NCBI GenBank assembly: GCA_963821615.1
Contig: CAWGEN010000012.1
Span: forward strand, 84,802-148,801
Length of the DNA: 64,000 nt
Direction of reading: 5' to 3'
Source of the DNA: an uncultured Verrucomicrobiae bacterium
Lineage (GTDB): Bacteria; Verrucomicrobiota; Verrucomicrobiia; Chthoniobacterales; UBA10450
Below, piece by piece: positions 11,981 to 23,019 of this stretch. The translations under genes were made by a program, and so were the position numbers. How positions within the stretch are numbered: position 1 is the stretch's first letter; each line of letters opens with the position of its first letter. A model generated the notes under the pieces. That model made no database searches. It was not told where the DNA came from and saw only the letters and a list, made by a program, of their open reading frames with translations.

Positions 11981-13591
11981 CTACAGGTCGCACTCGCAGA
12001 CGATCCGGAACCCGAGGTCGTTGCAGGAATAGTTCGGCACATTTGAGCCGCGCGTCGTCGCCCGCAGGCTGTTGAAGCGCGACTTCCAACTCCCGCCCCG
12101 ATAGACCCGTTTCGCGCCCGAAACCGCTCCCCGCGGGTTGATCTTGGGCGTGCCGCGATAGGCTTCCAGGAAGTCGCTGCACCACTCCCAGACGTTCCCC
12201 GCCATGTCTTCCATTCCGAAGGGACTGGCGCCCCGCGGAAACGCGCCGACCGGCGAGCTTTCCGCGAAGCCATCGTCGATCTCGCGATCACTCCAGGCGA
12301 AGTCCGTGTTGCGATCGGCGAAATTCGCCAGATCACCACGCCGTTCCTGGTCTCCCCACGGATATTTGCGGCCATCCGTCCCGCGCGCCGCATATTCCCA
12401 TTCGGCTTCGGTCGGCAGGCGATAGCGCCGCCGTTCGCGCGAGCTGAGCCATTGGCAAAATTTCACCGCCTCGACGCTGCTCACATAAACCACCGGATGC
12501 CGATCGCCCGCACCGGGCGCGCGTTTGCCGGCGTGGCTTGGATCAAACAACTCATATTGCGCGTTCGTGATCGGGTGGCGGGAAAGGTAGTAGCAGCTCA
12601 GGGTCACCGTGCGTGATCGGTCGTTCGTTAGGCGCAGCGTCCGGCGCCTCGCTCCCCATCTGAAAAACACCGGATGGCACGAGCAACAGTTCAGCGCCGC
12701 TGCTGCTCGTAAAATTGGGAAACTGCGCCCGCTCGGTCGCGACGTCGATCGGCGTCGGAACCTTCGGCGCAGCAGGAGGCGCGGCGGCGGCGCCATTGGT
12801 GGAAGCGGCAGGCGCTTTCGGAGCTACAACAATGACAGGTTTCGACGGGGTCGGCGCGGCGTGTTCTTCGATTTCCTCCAGGTAGAGATCCACCAAATCC
12901 TCGGCATCACCCGGCTCGATCCCGAGATTTTCCGCCATGTTCACAAAGGCGTCGCGCTGGTCATCCGTCATGTCATCGCATCGAGCCCGCTCAGGCGCAG
13001 CATCCGCATGAAATCCTCCTTCGGATCGAGCGGAGCCTTGGTTTTCTCCGCGGCCGCCCTCGCTTCCGGCGTGGGCGGAGTCACCCGCACGCCGCCGCAG
13101 TCGCGCAGCTCCGCTTCGATCAGCTCCAGCATTCGCTCGTTCGGTCAGGCCCGTGTTGCCGGCCGAACTCCAGCAGGGTCTCTTCCTCCTGCGGACGAGA
13201 GCGTTTTATCGTTCAGGGCAAAGACGACGTATTTGTTGAACTCGGCGACAGCTTCCTCCTCGGCTTGCGCGGCCAACTCTTCGTCCACCTGGCGGCGACG
13301 CTCGGGATCGAGCAGTTCGACGCGGGCCTCGGTCAGATAACGCGACGATTCGTCGAGCCCGGAACGCAACAGCTGGGCGAGCGGATTGCTTGGCTGATTT
13401 TTCAGCGGCAGCTTCTTTTGCCACCACAGAAGCAATTCGCGAAAGCGCTCTTCGATCAGCTCGTTGCTCGGATTGGTCCGCGGATCAAGGCAGAGTCGCT
13501 CGTAAGGATCAGGCGAGTTGTAGCGGCTCCAGCCGTCCCACTTCCGCGGGTCATCCGGCAACGGAATCGGGAAGCTGATCGGCTTGAGCAT
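11981..13591 (-). CDS. Hsp70-associated multidomain protein: N-terminal J-like domain (no HPD), helical middle, Pro/Ala linker, C-terminal FGE-sulfatase (SUMF1/PvdO)-like domain; at least 3 frame corrections
   Basis: Joined from ORFs 13145..13591, hand-translated 12970-13200, 12552..12971 and 11981..12796. The C-terminus reads RLPTEAEWEYAARG...GNVWEWCSD...YRGGSWKSRFNSLRATTRG...LGFRIV. Confidence 0.65.
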
Positions 13592-13592
13592 C

Positions 13593-15158
13593 TCAGACGA
13601 CGCTCAATTGCCCCAACGCCGCCGTCGCGCGATCCAGTTCCGCCTCGCGAAAGTCCGGTCTTGCGTTCGATCGAGACCGAGGCGCAATTGCCACAGGCTT
13701 CGACCGCGACTTCCAGCACCTGATTGGCGTTGTATTCGTAGGTCAACTCGACCGGAGAACCCTTCGGCAGGAACGGCGGCAGCTCGACATCGCAGATTCC
13801 CAGCGGCGTGCACTCCTGCGGCAACGTGCTTTCGCCTTCGACGATCCGCACGATCGCCCGCTGCATGTTGGCAGTCGCGGTGCCGAAGGAATTCTTCGCC
13901 ACCGCCGGCATCGCGGTCATTTTCTTGATCATCGGGAAGACGTATTCCTCGAGATGCGCTTCATCCCAGAGGACGACGCCAAGGGTGTGCGAGGTAATGT
14001 TGCGCACCTGGATGAGTCCGCCCTCGCGTGAGGAAAATTGTTGGCGCGTCTCGGACGGGAAGCATTTTTTCGCCCGTCGTTTCCTCTTCATTGAGGAGCG
14101 ACAGGATCGCCTGAATGGCCGCGCCGACCGCGACGGCTTCGTCCGGGTTCACGTCTTCGGCCAGCGGAACGGAAGCGAGTTTGGCGATCATCTCGCGCAC
14201 CATCGGCATGCGCGTCATCCCGCCGACGAGCAGAATCTTGTTCACCTGCGGACCACTGCATCTTGGCCTCGCGCATCACGATTTCGCAGATCGCCTTGCA
14301 CTTCTCGACGAGGTGCTTCGTCATCGTCTCGAATTCTTCGCGGGTCAGCTCGACCTTGATGCTCTTGCCGTTGTGGCTGTGCACGATCGTTGTGCGATCG
14401 CGACTGGAGAGCTGGATCTTCGCGGCCAGGGCCCGGCTTTGCAGATCCTGATAGCTTTGCAGATCGAGCAACGGGTTCTCGCCATGCGCGCGATCGAATT
14501 CTTCCGCGACATGATTGACGATGATGTCGTCCCAATCCTTGCCGCCGAGCCGATGGTCGCCGTTGGTCGCCACCATCTCGAGACGATGTCCTTCGATCCG
14601 CATGAGCGTGACGTCGAAGGTGCCGCCGCCGAGGTCGAAGACGAAAACCGTCTGGTCTTCATCGAGCTTGTCGAGTCCGTAGGCCAGCGCCGCAGCGGTC
14701 GGCTCGTTGATGATTTGCAGGACATTCAAGCCCGCCAGGCGGCCGGCGGTAATCGTGGCGGTGCGTTCCGCATCATTGAAATAAGCCGGCACGGTGATGA
14801 CCGCGTCGGTCACCGGCATCTTGAGATATTTTTCCGCATCCGACTTCAGCTTCTTGAGGATGAGCGCGGAAAGTTCCTCCGCCGAATAGATCTTGCCGTT
14901 GAACTCGCGGTGAAACTGTTCCTTCGACTTGCCCATCTCGCGCTTGACGAAATCGACGATCTTCTCCGGTTCCGCGACGGTGTTGTTCTTGGCGATCGTC
15001 CCGACGATGGCCTTGCTGCCATCGAACAAAACGACCGAGGGCGTGATGCGCTCACTTTCAGCGTTTGGGATGATTTGCGGTTTTCCGTAGGCATCGATGT
15101 GGGCGACGGCCGAGAAGGTCGTGCCGAGATCAATTCCGACTGCTTTGCGATTGCTCAT
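13593..15158 (-). CDS. Hsp70-family ATPase (DnaK/HscC-like, short, about 520 aa); at least 3 frame corrections
   Basis: ORFs 14088..15206, 13961..14245 and 13456..14091 give [41 protein letters not shown] and [13 protein letters not shown]. The restored stop TGA at 13593-13595 lies 1 nt before the next ATG. Confidence 0.85.
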
Positions 15159-15286
15159 GTGCTTTTTGGAGACTCTTTGAATTCGTTGTCTGGTTTGCGG
15201 ACCCACTCAATGCAGTTTCCATGCCTCGAGTTTCAATCCCGAGCGATTATTTTTTCGCTCGCACGAGCCCGCGGCGTGGCGCGGAA

Positions 15287-15959
15287 TTACTGGAATCGCT
15301 TGGCGATGACTTCTTCCGGGCGCAGGACTCGATCGTGCCAGGTAAAGCCACGCTTTACTCGCTGCACGATGCGACCGTCTTCCTCCGCGCACTCGGCCGG
15401 CTCGAAGCTGATCACGCGATGGAGCGTGCGATCGACCGTTTCGCTCGCCTCGATCTCGTTCACCTCGAGGCGATGCAGAATTTCGAGCAGGAAATGGAGG
15501 ATGTTGGTGAGATTGTTGCGCGAGCGCACATTCTCACGGTCGCTCTCTTCTTCGTTCGCCGCCTCCTCGAATTGCCCGGCAAGCGTGCTCAGGTCGTCGA
15601 ACAAAACGAGCAGATCGCGAATGAACGGCTTCTGGAGCGAATCGCGGACGAAATTATCACGGTAGCTGATCAGTTCCTCATGCAGCGAATCGAACAACTT
15701 TTGATTGACGGTCTCGCTTTCCCGGATCGCCGCAAGCTGCTCCTCGATCTTCTGGAAGTGAATCGACTCGAAATTCCGCACCACCGATTCTTCCAAGGCT
15801 TCGACCCGTTGACCGAGCGAATGGATCGCGCTGATCAACGCGGAAATGCCGGAGACCGGTATCAGCTCTGCGGAGCGCGGGCGGCGGGGTCGCCGCCTGC
15901 GCGCTCAACTCCTGCATGACCGCTGCAAAATCGGTCTCAATCTCGATCGCCTGACTCAT
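15287..15959 (-). CDS. GrpE-like nucleotide exchange factor; 1 frame correction near 15880
   Basis: ORFs 15678..15959 and 15287..15838 show a coiled-coil N-terminus. The C-terminus DRTLHRVISFEP...GRIVQRVKRGFTWHDRVLRPEEV matches the GrpE beta-domain pattern. Confidence 0.65.
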
Positions 15960-15965
15960 GTTTAA

Positions 15966-17492
15966 TCAGCGCCTGCGAAAGAAGCGCCGGATCGCATCGA
16001 CCAGGCCCGGAATATCGTGGCGTGTCGCCTCGACTCCAATCGTTAGGCCACGATCGCGCGCGGTCTTCGACGTAATCGGGCCAATGCTCGCCACCTCCAT
16101 CCCCACCGGCCAGGGCAACCCGAGCGCGAGAAAATTTTCGACGGTCGATGAGCTGGTAAAAGTGATCATGTCTGCGCCCTCTGCCGACCAGCCGCGATCT
16201 CGCTTCTGTCCGATCGCTCGTTTCTGCGACGGTTCGGTAGGCAAAAGCAACATCCACAATGGCCCCCAGGGCTCCGAGCTCCTTTGGTAGCAGATCCCGC
16301 GCCTCCTCCGCCCGCGCAATCAGAATGCGCAGATTTTCGATGTCGCCTTCCTTCTTGAATTCGCGCACCACCGCTTCGGCGACAAATTCCTCCGGCTGCA
16401 GGTCCACCTTCAGATGAAAATCGCGCACCCGCTGCGCCGTCGCCGGACCGATCGCCGCAATCCGGGCTGCCGCCGATCTCACGCGCGTCGTCGTAAAGCT
16501 TGTAAAACATTTCAAAGAACGCGGTCACGCCGTTCGGACTCGTGAAGACGATCCAGTCGTAGGCGTGCGCGTCCTGCACCAGCTCGGCAAAGGCGCGCAG
16601 ATCGCTCGGCGGCTCGATCCGGATGGTCGGCAACTCGATCACTTCGGCGCCGAGATCGCGCAATTGGTCGCTCAGCGCGCCGGCTTGTTTCCGGGTGCGC
16701 GTCACCACGATCCGCCGGCCGGCCAGCGGCCGCTCATCCTGCCAGTGCAATTCCTTGCCTAACGAGACCACTTCGCCAAAAACGGCGACCGCCGGCGGCG
16801 CAAAATTCTTCTCCGCCACTCGCTGCGCGATGTTCTGCAATGTGCCGCGGATCGTTTCCTGCCGCCCGGTCGTTCCCCAGCGGATCAACGCCACCGGCAG
16901 ATCCACGCGGACGCCGTGCTCCATCATTTGTTGCGCGATGGCTTCGATCCGCTCGACCCCCATCAGCATCACCTGGGTTCCGCCCAGTTTGGCCAGCGCC
17001 TCGAAGTCGATCGAGCTCTCGGTTTTCTCCGGATCTTCGTGACCGGTGAAAAAGGTCACATGCGAAGTCATTCCGCGATGGGTCACCGGAATGCCCGCGT
17101 AGGCCGGTGCGGCAATCGCCGAGGTAACTCCCGGCACCACCTCGAAAGGCATTCCTGCCGCGGCCAACGCCTGCGCCTCCTCGCCGCCACGGCCGAACAG
17201 GAACGGATCACCGCCCTTTAACCTAACGACTTGTTTCCCTTCGCGCGCTCTTCTCGACCAGCAGCGCATTGATTTCGTCCTGCTTCAGAGTGTGCGCGCC
17301 CGCCTTCTTCCCGGCGTAGATGATCTCGGTCGTTTCCGGCGCCCACTGCAACATCTCGGGATTGCAGAGATAATCGTAGACAATCACTTCCGCCCGTTCG
17401 ATGAACTGCTTGGCGCGCAAGGTGACCAGCCCGAGATCGCCCGGCCCCGCGCCGACCAGATAACAGCGTCCGGACTCTTTCTTAGTCGCCAT
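15966..17492 (-). CDS. cobA/hemD: Fused uroporphyrinogen-III C-methyltransferase / uroporphyrinogen-III synthase; at least 3 frame corrections
   Basis: ORFs 17223..17492 (YLVGAGPGDLGLVTLRA), 16166..17269 (RLKGGDPFLFGRGGEE...VVPGVTS, then the HemD-like VVTRTRKQAG...WIVFTSPNGV), 15937..16515 and 15966..16319. Confidence 0.8.
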
Positions 17493-18392
17493 AGAGTTTC
17501 TCCATCAGTTCGGCCGCGAGCTCCTCGGGTTGCGCGGATGCGCCGCTCACGGCACCAGCTCGCGGCGCCAACGTCTCGTCTGCAAAAACCTGCGCTTGCA
17601 GCCGCAATTCTCTCATTCGTCATTGTTCGCCTGCACGCCCACCGGCGAATCGCAGTCCCCCTCAAGCAACCGCAGGAATTCGCGTTCGGCCCGCAGACAA
17701 ACCAGCGTCGGTTCGATCATTGATCGCATCGACCAGGTGCCGAACCCGTTCATCGTTGCGCCGCACTTGCAGGGCGATCACACCCTGCCCGCCCGCCGGG
17801 ACAAAATCTTCCGGTGAAAGAATCTCGCCTTCACCTCGAGACCGAGCCGCTCCAGGCCGGCGCGCGCCAGAATAATCCCGCTCCAATTTTCGTTTTCGTC
17901 CAACTTGCGCAACCGCGTCGGCACGTTGCCGCGCAGATCGACGATCCGTCAGATCGGGCCGTTTCCAACGCAGCTGACGCTGCCGCCGGACGCTGCCGGT
18001 CGCGATCGTCGCCCCTTGCGGCAAACTCGTTAGGCCGAGATCCGTTCTTCGTGACCAGGACATCTCCGGTTTGGCCACGCGGCAGAGCCGCGCAAATCTC
18101 CAGGTCGTCCACCCGTTCGCTCGGCAGATCCTTCGCGCTGTGCACCGCGAGGTCGATTCGCCTAACGAGAAGCTGCTTTTCAATCTCGCGTGTGAACATT
18201 CCCTTGCGACCGGCCTTGCGGTCCGCCACGGCCTCCGGGCGGGCGCTCTCGTCGCCGCTTGTCCGGATGATTTCTGATCGTCACTTCCAGCTCCGGCCAG
18301 GCGGCACGCAGCGCCTGCTCGACCAGCCGCGCCTGCGCAAGGGCAAGATCGCTGCCGCGCGACCCAACGATGATCCTGCCGGGCGCGCCCAC
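17482..18392 (-). CDS. hemC: Porphobilinogen deaminase (hydroxymethylbilane synthase); at least 3 frame corrections
   Basis: Fragments read [51 protein letters not shown] and [13 protein letters not shown]. The stop TAA at 17482-17484 overlaps the cobA/hemD start by 11 nt. Confidence 0.8.
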
Positions 18393-19457
18393 TCAGCTTT
18401 CGGAAACGCGCAGGGAAGGTTCACTCAACTCGGACGGATTCAACATCCGTTCCCGCCCCGAAACGAACCAGCCGCCGAAATCGTGCACGTGTCCCGCGAT
18501 GATCTCCTCACCGGCGGCGATTTGTTCCCGCCGTAGCGCGAGCGACTGCTGGGCGATCGATTGCAGCGAGTCGATGTCGTAGAGAAACACTCCTTCCATC
18601 TCGTTCACGTCCGGCGCGACGTCACGCGGCACGGCGATGTCGATGATGAAAAGCGGCCGATCGAGGCGGTCATGCAGGAGCGGTGCGAGGTTTTGCCGTG
18701 TGACAATCGGGGTTCGCCCGGCGGTCGATGAAATCAGGATGTCGACTTCGCGGCAGTGGGTTTCCCATTTCTCCATCGGCACGGCGCGACCCCCGACAGC
18801 GCCGCGAGTGTTTGCGCTCGTTCCGCGGAACGATTCGTTACCCGAATGTCGCTCACCCCGCGCTTTACGAGGGCGCGCGCGGTGCGCTCGCTCGCTTCGC
18901 CGGCGCCGAGCAGGAGCACCTTGCGCGTCTCGAAATGGCCGAAAATTTGTTCCGCCAAGATCTACCGCGACCGAGCCGACGGAAACCGCCCCTCGGGTAA
19001 TTTCCGTTCGGGTACGGACCTGCTTCGCGACTCGGAACGCGCGTTGAAAAAGTCGATGCAGAAAGGGTCCGGCAGCGCCAGATTCGCGTGCCGCGGCGTA
19101 GGCCTTTTTGGCCTGGCCAAGAATCTCGGTCTCGCCGATCACCATCGAGTCGAGTCCCGACGCGACTCGAAAGAGATGCTGCACACATTGCTGCGCTTCG
19201 TGTCGATAGAAGACCTCCATTTCATCGTCCTCAGCGACCATCCCCTTCGCGAGCAGGCAGTGCGCGATCCGCTCGGTCGGGACCGGTTCTTCGGAGGCGG
19301 CGTAAACTTCCACTCGATTGCACGTGGTGAGGAGCAGCGCCTCCGTGCAGCCGGCTTCTTCGCGCAGGATCCGGTCGATCGCGGCGTGGCCGACGAAGCG
19401 CTCGCGCGTCTCGACATTCGCGGTGTGATGGCTGAGGCCGACGCAGAAGAGATTCAT
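18393..19457 (-). CDS. hemA: Glutamyl-tRNA reductase; 2 frame corrections (about 18960 and 18780)
   Basis: Starts MNLFCVGLSHHTANVETRERF inside ORF 18393..19949. The middle segment KVLLLGAGEASERTARAL is in ORF 18734..18958. Confidence 0.85.
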   Translation of the reverse strand: MNLFCVGLSHHTANVETRERFVGHAAIDRILREEAGCTEALLLTTCNRVEVYAASEEPVPTERIAHCLLAKGMVAEDDEMEVFYRHEAQQCVQHLFRVASGLDSMVIGETEILGQAKKAYAAARESGAAGPFLHRLFQRAFRVAKQVRTRTEITRGAVSVGSVAVDLGGTNFRPFRDAQGAPARRRRSERAHRARPRKARGERHSGNESFRGTSANTRGAVGGRAVPMEKWETHCREVDILISSTAGRTPIVTRQNLAPLLHDRLDRPLFIIDIAVPRDVAPDVNEMEGVFLYDIDSLQSIAQQSLALRREQIAAGEEIIAGHVHDFGGWFVSGRERMLNPSELSEPSLRVSES

Positions 19458-20255
19458 TAGAGCGAGTGTGTCTGCGACAGAAAAGTGATGCCCCAGAGCA
19501 AGGTCAGCGCCGCACTGAACGCGAGGACGCAAAGCGCGGCGATCCGGCGCGGAGCGGTCGTGCCGAGATGACGCGCGAGAAGGATCGCGGCGTAGAAGAT
19601 CCAGACGCCTAACGACCAGGCGATCTTCACGTAAGGCAGCGGCTGGCCGGTCAGAAAGCCGGCTGCGATCCCCAGCGTGAGCAAGACGAAATCCGAGCCA
19701 GAGCAAACGCGTGATCGCCGCGAAAAGATCAGTCAGCGGCGGGAAATGGTAGAACATCGAATTGATCTGGCGCGTCTTGAGCTGGCGCTCCTGCACGAGA
19801 TACATCAGGCCCGGCGACGCAGGCGAGCGCGAACGCCCCGTAGGCGATGAGCGAAACCGAGGCGTGCATTTCCAGCCACGGTGAGGGCGAAGCGACGCGC
19901 GGATGGGGGACGATCGATCGGCGCGAGCAAGCGCAAACGTCTGCAGCACGAAAACGAAGCGGCGCTGTGAACGCGCCCATCAGCGAGAGCCGATAGGCCG
20001 GTCCGATGAGGAGATAAATCAGCGAAACCGACCAGGCGAGAAAGATGAAGACCTCGAAAAGATTCGTCAGCGGGCAACGTCCGAGAGCGTGGCCGCGCAC
20101 CGAGAGAAAGGCGGTCTGAAAAACGAAACCGAGGGCGATGGCCGAAGAAGTTGAAACCAGCCGACGCGATAACTGCGCGCCTTGATCGCGACGGTCGTCC
20201 GCACCATCGCGAGAAAAAAACACAAGGTTGAGATGATCAGCAGTCCACGATCCAT
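19457..20255 (-). CDS. CcsA/HemX-like cytochrome c assembly family membrane protein; at least 3 frame corrections
   Basis: ORFs 20067..20426 (from MDRGLLIISTLCFF), 19729..20292, part of 18393..19949, and 19457..19684 (WSLGVWIFYAAILLARH). The stop TAA overlaps the hemA ATG by 1 nt. The position upstream of hemA matches Bacillus hemX. Confidence 0.6.
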
Positions 20256-20594
20256 CGGACCCGAAGGTAAAAGGCGGCGTGCTGCTTGGCAATCATCGTT
20301 CGCCGGGCGGCCGGAGGCGCGGTTCCTGCTTTTTAATTGGCCGACATGAAAACGTTGGCGCGCAGATTGAGCGAAAACGACCACGCAGCGAGATGAAGTG
20401 CAGAGTCTCCGGCGGGCGCTCGACAAGAGCTACGCCCAATTACGCGAAAGAGCGCAGGCTGAATGGCAGCGCCGTTGCGCCGGCCGCGACCCGAGCGATG
20501 CCTGTGTCCGCGTCCGTATCGGACAGGACGGGCGGCAGCAGGCGCTCACGTCCTAGAAGCACGGGCGTCGTGCCGAACGGGCAATGGGCGAGCG

Positions 20595-20622
20595 TTGACG
20601 ATTTCTGCCGACCCGCTAGCCT
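20595..20622 (+). promoter_or_regulatory. Candidate sigma70-like promoter for apt (TTGACG, 16-nt spacer, TAGCCT), implying a nearly leaderless transcript
   Basis: The hexamers were read directly. The -10 element ends 7 nt before ATG 20630. No Shine-Dalgarno sequence is visible. Confidence 0.25.
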
Positions 20623-20629
20623 CCCGACC

Positions 20630-21162
20630 ATGGGTGTTGATTCGATCGCTCGTTTGCACGCGGGCGATCCGCGATGTCCCCAATTTTCCGAAACACGGGA
20701 TCGTCTTCAAGGACATCACGCCGATCCTGGTCGACGCGCAGCTCTTTCGGGAATCGATCGACGTTTTCCTGGAACGCTGCCGCACCCTGCCGATTGACAA
20801 GGTCGTCGGCATCGACGCGCGCGGATTTCTTTTCGGGTCGGCGGTCGCCTACGCGCTCGGCGTTGGCTTTGTTCCGATCCGCAAGAAAGGGAAGCTGCCT
20901 TTCAAGACGGCGAGCGCGGCCTACTCGCTCGAATACGGCGATGCCGAAATGGAGATGCATGTCGACAGCATCGAGCCCGGCGAGAAAATCGTGCTGATCG
21001 ATGACCTGCTCGCGACCGGCGGGACGTCGGCGGCGGCCGCGGCGTTGATCAAGAAAGTGGGCGGCGAACTGCTCGAAGCGCAGTTCTTGATTGAGCTGGA
21101 GTTTCTTGCATGGGCGCGAAAAGCTCGATCCGACACCGGTGATGACGTTCCTGAAATTTTAG
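20630..21162 (+). CDS. apt: Adenine phosphoribosyltransferase; 2 frame corrections
   Basis: ORF 20463..21275 carries FPKHGIVFKDITPIL and VLIDDLLATGGT. An extra G in the run at 20662-20664 separates the ATG 20630 segment from the main frame. The restored tail PTPVMTFLKF ends at TAG 21160-21162. Confidence 0.85.
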
Positions 21163-21170
21163 AGAGCGCC

Positions 21171-21514
21171 CTACCCTCCGCAGGTGCAACCGCTTGCCGC
21201 AGTTCTCGCGGCGGCCTTCCACGATCACCTCCACGCGAATCTCCTGCAGCGCGAGCTGATCGTGGATCGCGTTGAGCAGATCGAGCGCACGACCGTCCGG
21301 CATCTCCGCACAACGCAGCTCGATCCGTCGCATTTTTCCCCGCCAACTCCGGATGCGCTTCGGCCATTTCGCCATCGAGCAAAAATGAGACGTAGGCATT
21401 GAACTTCTCCTGCAGCTGGAAAAGCTGAAGATCTGAATCATCCCACGGACGCGATTCGAACATCACCAGCAGCACCTCATCGCTCTTTGTGTCGTGCGCG
21501 AAAAAATCGATCAC
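21171..21514 (-). CDS. Small conserved hypothetical protein (about 110 aa; resembles DUF6572-type proteins, from memory only); 1 frame correction; 3' end uncertain
   Basis: ORFs 20921..21514 and 21049..21441 give IDFFAHDTKSDEVLLVMFESRPWDDSDLQLFQLQEKFNAYVSFLLDGEM...IELRCAEMPDGRALDLLNAI. Confidence 0.35.
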
Positions 21515-21664
21515 CCCGGGCTGCTCGACGCCAGCAGGTGTCGCGCCGACGTGTCGGCCGCAGGGCCTGTGGCGGCGGCGCTCTCCTGTTCATTTGCCAT
21601 CGGGAGCGCGATCCTACGGAAAGATTGGTCATCGTGCAACGAGCGGCTAACATTATCGTGCGCC

Positions 21665-22530
21665 ATGCGAAAAGCATTCTCCGCTCTCGTCGCGCTCTCG
21701 ATCGTTAGGGCGCTGCCCGCGGTCGGGCACAGTTCGGTCCCGAGTTTGTCCAGAACAGCAGCTACTGGAACGACGGCAAAGCCGAGTTCAACATCTACGA
21801 CGCCCAAATCGTTCGCTACGGCCAGCCCCGCCAGACGGAAGTGCTCCATATCTTGGTGCGCGAACCGTTCGATCTGAAGCAAATGGTGAAACCCGACAAC
21901 TGGCAGCGCCCCGGCGTCATCCAGGTTTTGAAGATGAACCAGATCCTGCATATCCCGACCGGCCTTTACGTTTATCAGCAGATGCAGTCCAACTTCTGGC
22001 GGGCCGACAACGCGCGACTGGCGAAATTTTCTCTCACGAGCAACGACAGTTGCGGCAATACCTACAAGGAAGCGCGCCGCGGCGGCGAGATTTTCAGCTA
22101 CCAATGGCATACTTACTGGGATGGAATGGCCGAGGGCCGGGAGAAAATACGGCTTCCGCCTAACGGATTTTTTTACGACGAGCTGCCGCTCCGGGTGCGG
22201 ACAATCGATTTTGCAAAACCGAGCGGCGACTTCGAGATCCAGCTCGCGCCCACCATCATCAACTCCAAAAAGGACAATCTCGTCTGGAAGCCGGCACAGG
22301 TGCATTTCGAATCCAGCGAGCGGGCGATTTACGTGACCGTCCGGCACGACGCCGGCACCGATCGCTTCGTGCTCGGTCGCGATTTCCCATATCTCCTCCG
22401 GACCTGGGAGGCCGCGGATGGCAGTCGTCTCACGCTGAAGCGAAGCCTTAAAGTCGATTACTGGAATTACCACAAGCTCGGCGACCGCAAGCGCGCGCTT
22501 CTCAACCGAGCGCTGGAGCATCCGGACTAA
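21665..22530 (+). CDS. Hypothetical exported protein; 1 frame correction near 21740
   Basis: Signal-like start MRKAFSALVALSIVRALPAVG (ORF 21494..21877), joined to ORF 21841..22530. I do not recognise a family. Confidence 0.45.
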
Positions 22531-22588
22531 CGGCGTCGCCGCCGTCGAAAACGATTGAACCGCAGAGGTGAAGCCGGTTTAGTGGCGC

Positions 22589-23019
22589 ATGGCAAGACCG
22601 CGAAAATCGAAAGGGCTCACGCTTCTCGGCCGCAGCGAAACGCGCGTTCCAGGCGCTCCGTCCGCGGCCATCCTCGAGACCTTCGCCAATCCTGCCGCAA
22701 CGTCCCTACTGGATTCACTTTCAATCGGCCGACTTCACGTCGCTTTGTCCGATCACCGGCCAGGCTGATTTCGCGGAAATCACAGATCGATTATCAACCT
22801 GGCACCCGCTGCCTCGAGACAAAGTCGCTCAAGTTCTATCTTGCATCCTATCGCAACGAACGGGCCTTCAACGAAGCCGTCACCAACCACATTCTCGACG
22901 ATCTGGTGCGGGCCTGTGATCCGCGGCGCATGATTGTGCAGGCCGAATTTGCCGCCCGTGGCGGGATCAGCCTAACGATTACTGCAACCTTTCCCGACGA
23001 GACCGCGCGCGCGCGATGA
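22589..23019 (+). CDS. queF: NADPH-dependent 7-cyano-7-deazaguanine reductase; 2 frame corrections
   Basis: ORF 22555..23019 reads CLETKSLKFYLASYRNERAFNEAVTNHILDDL. The hand-restored segment FTSLCPITGQADFAEI carries the catalytic Cys. Confidence 0.8.
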
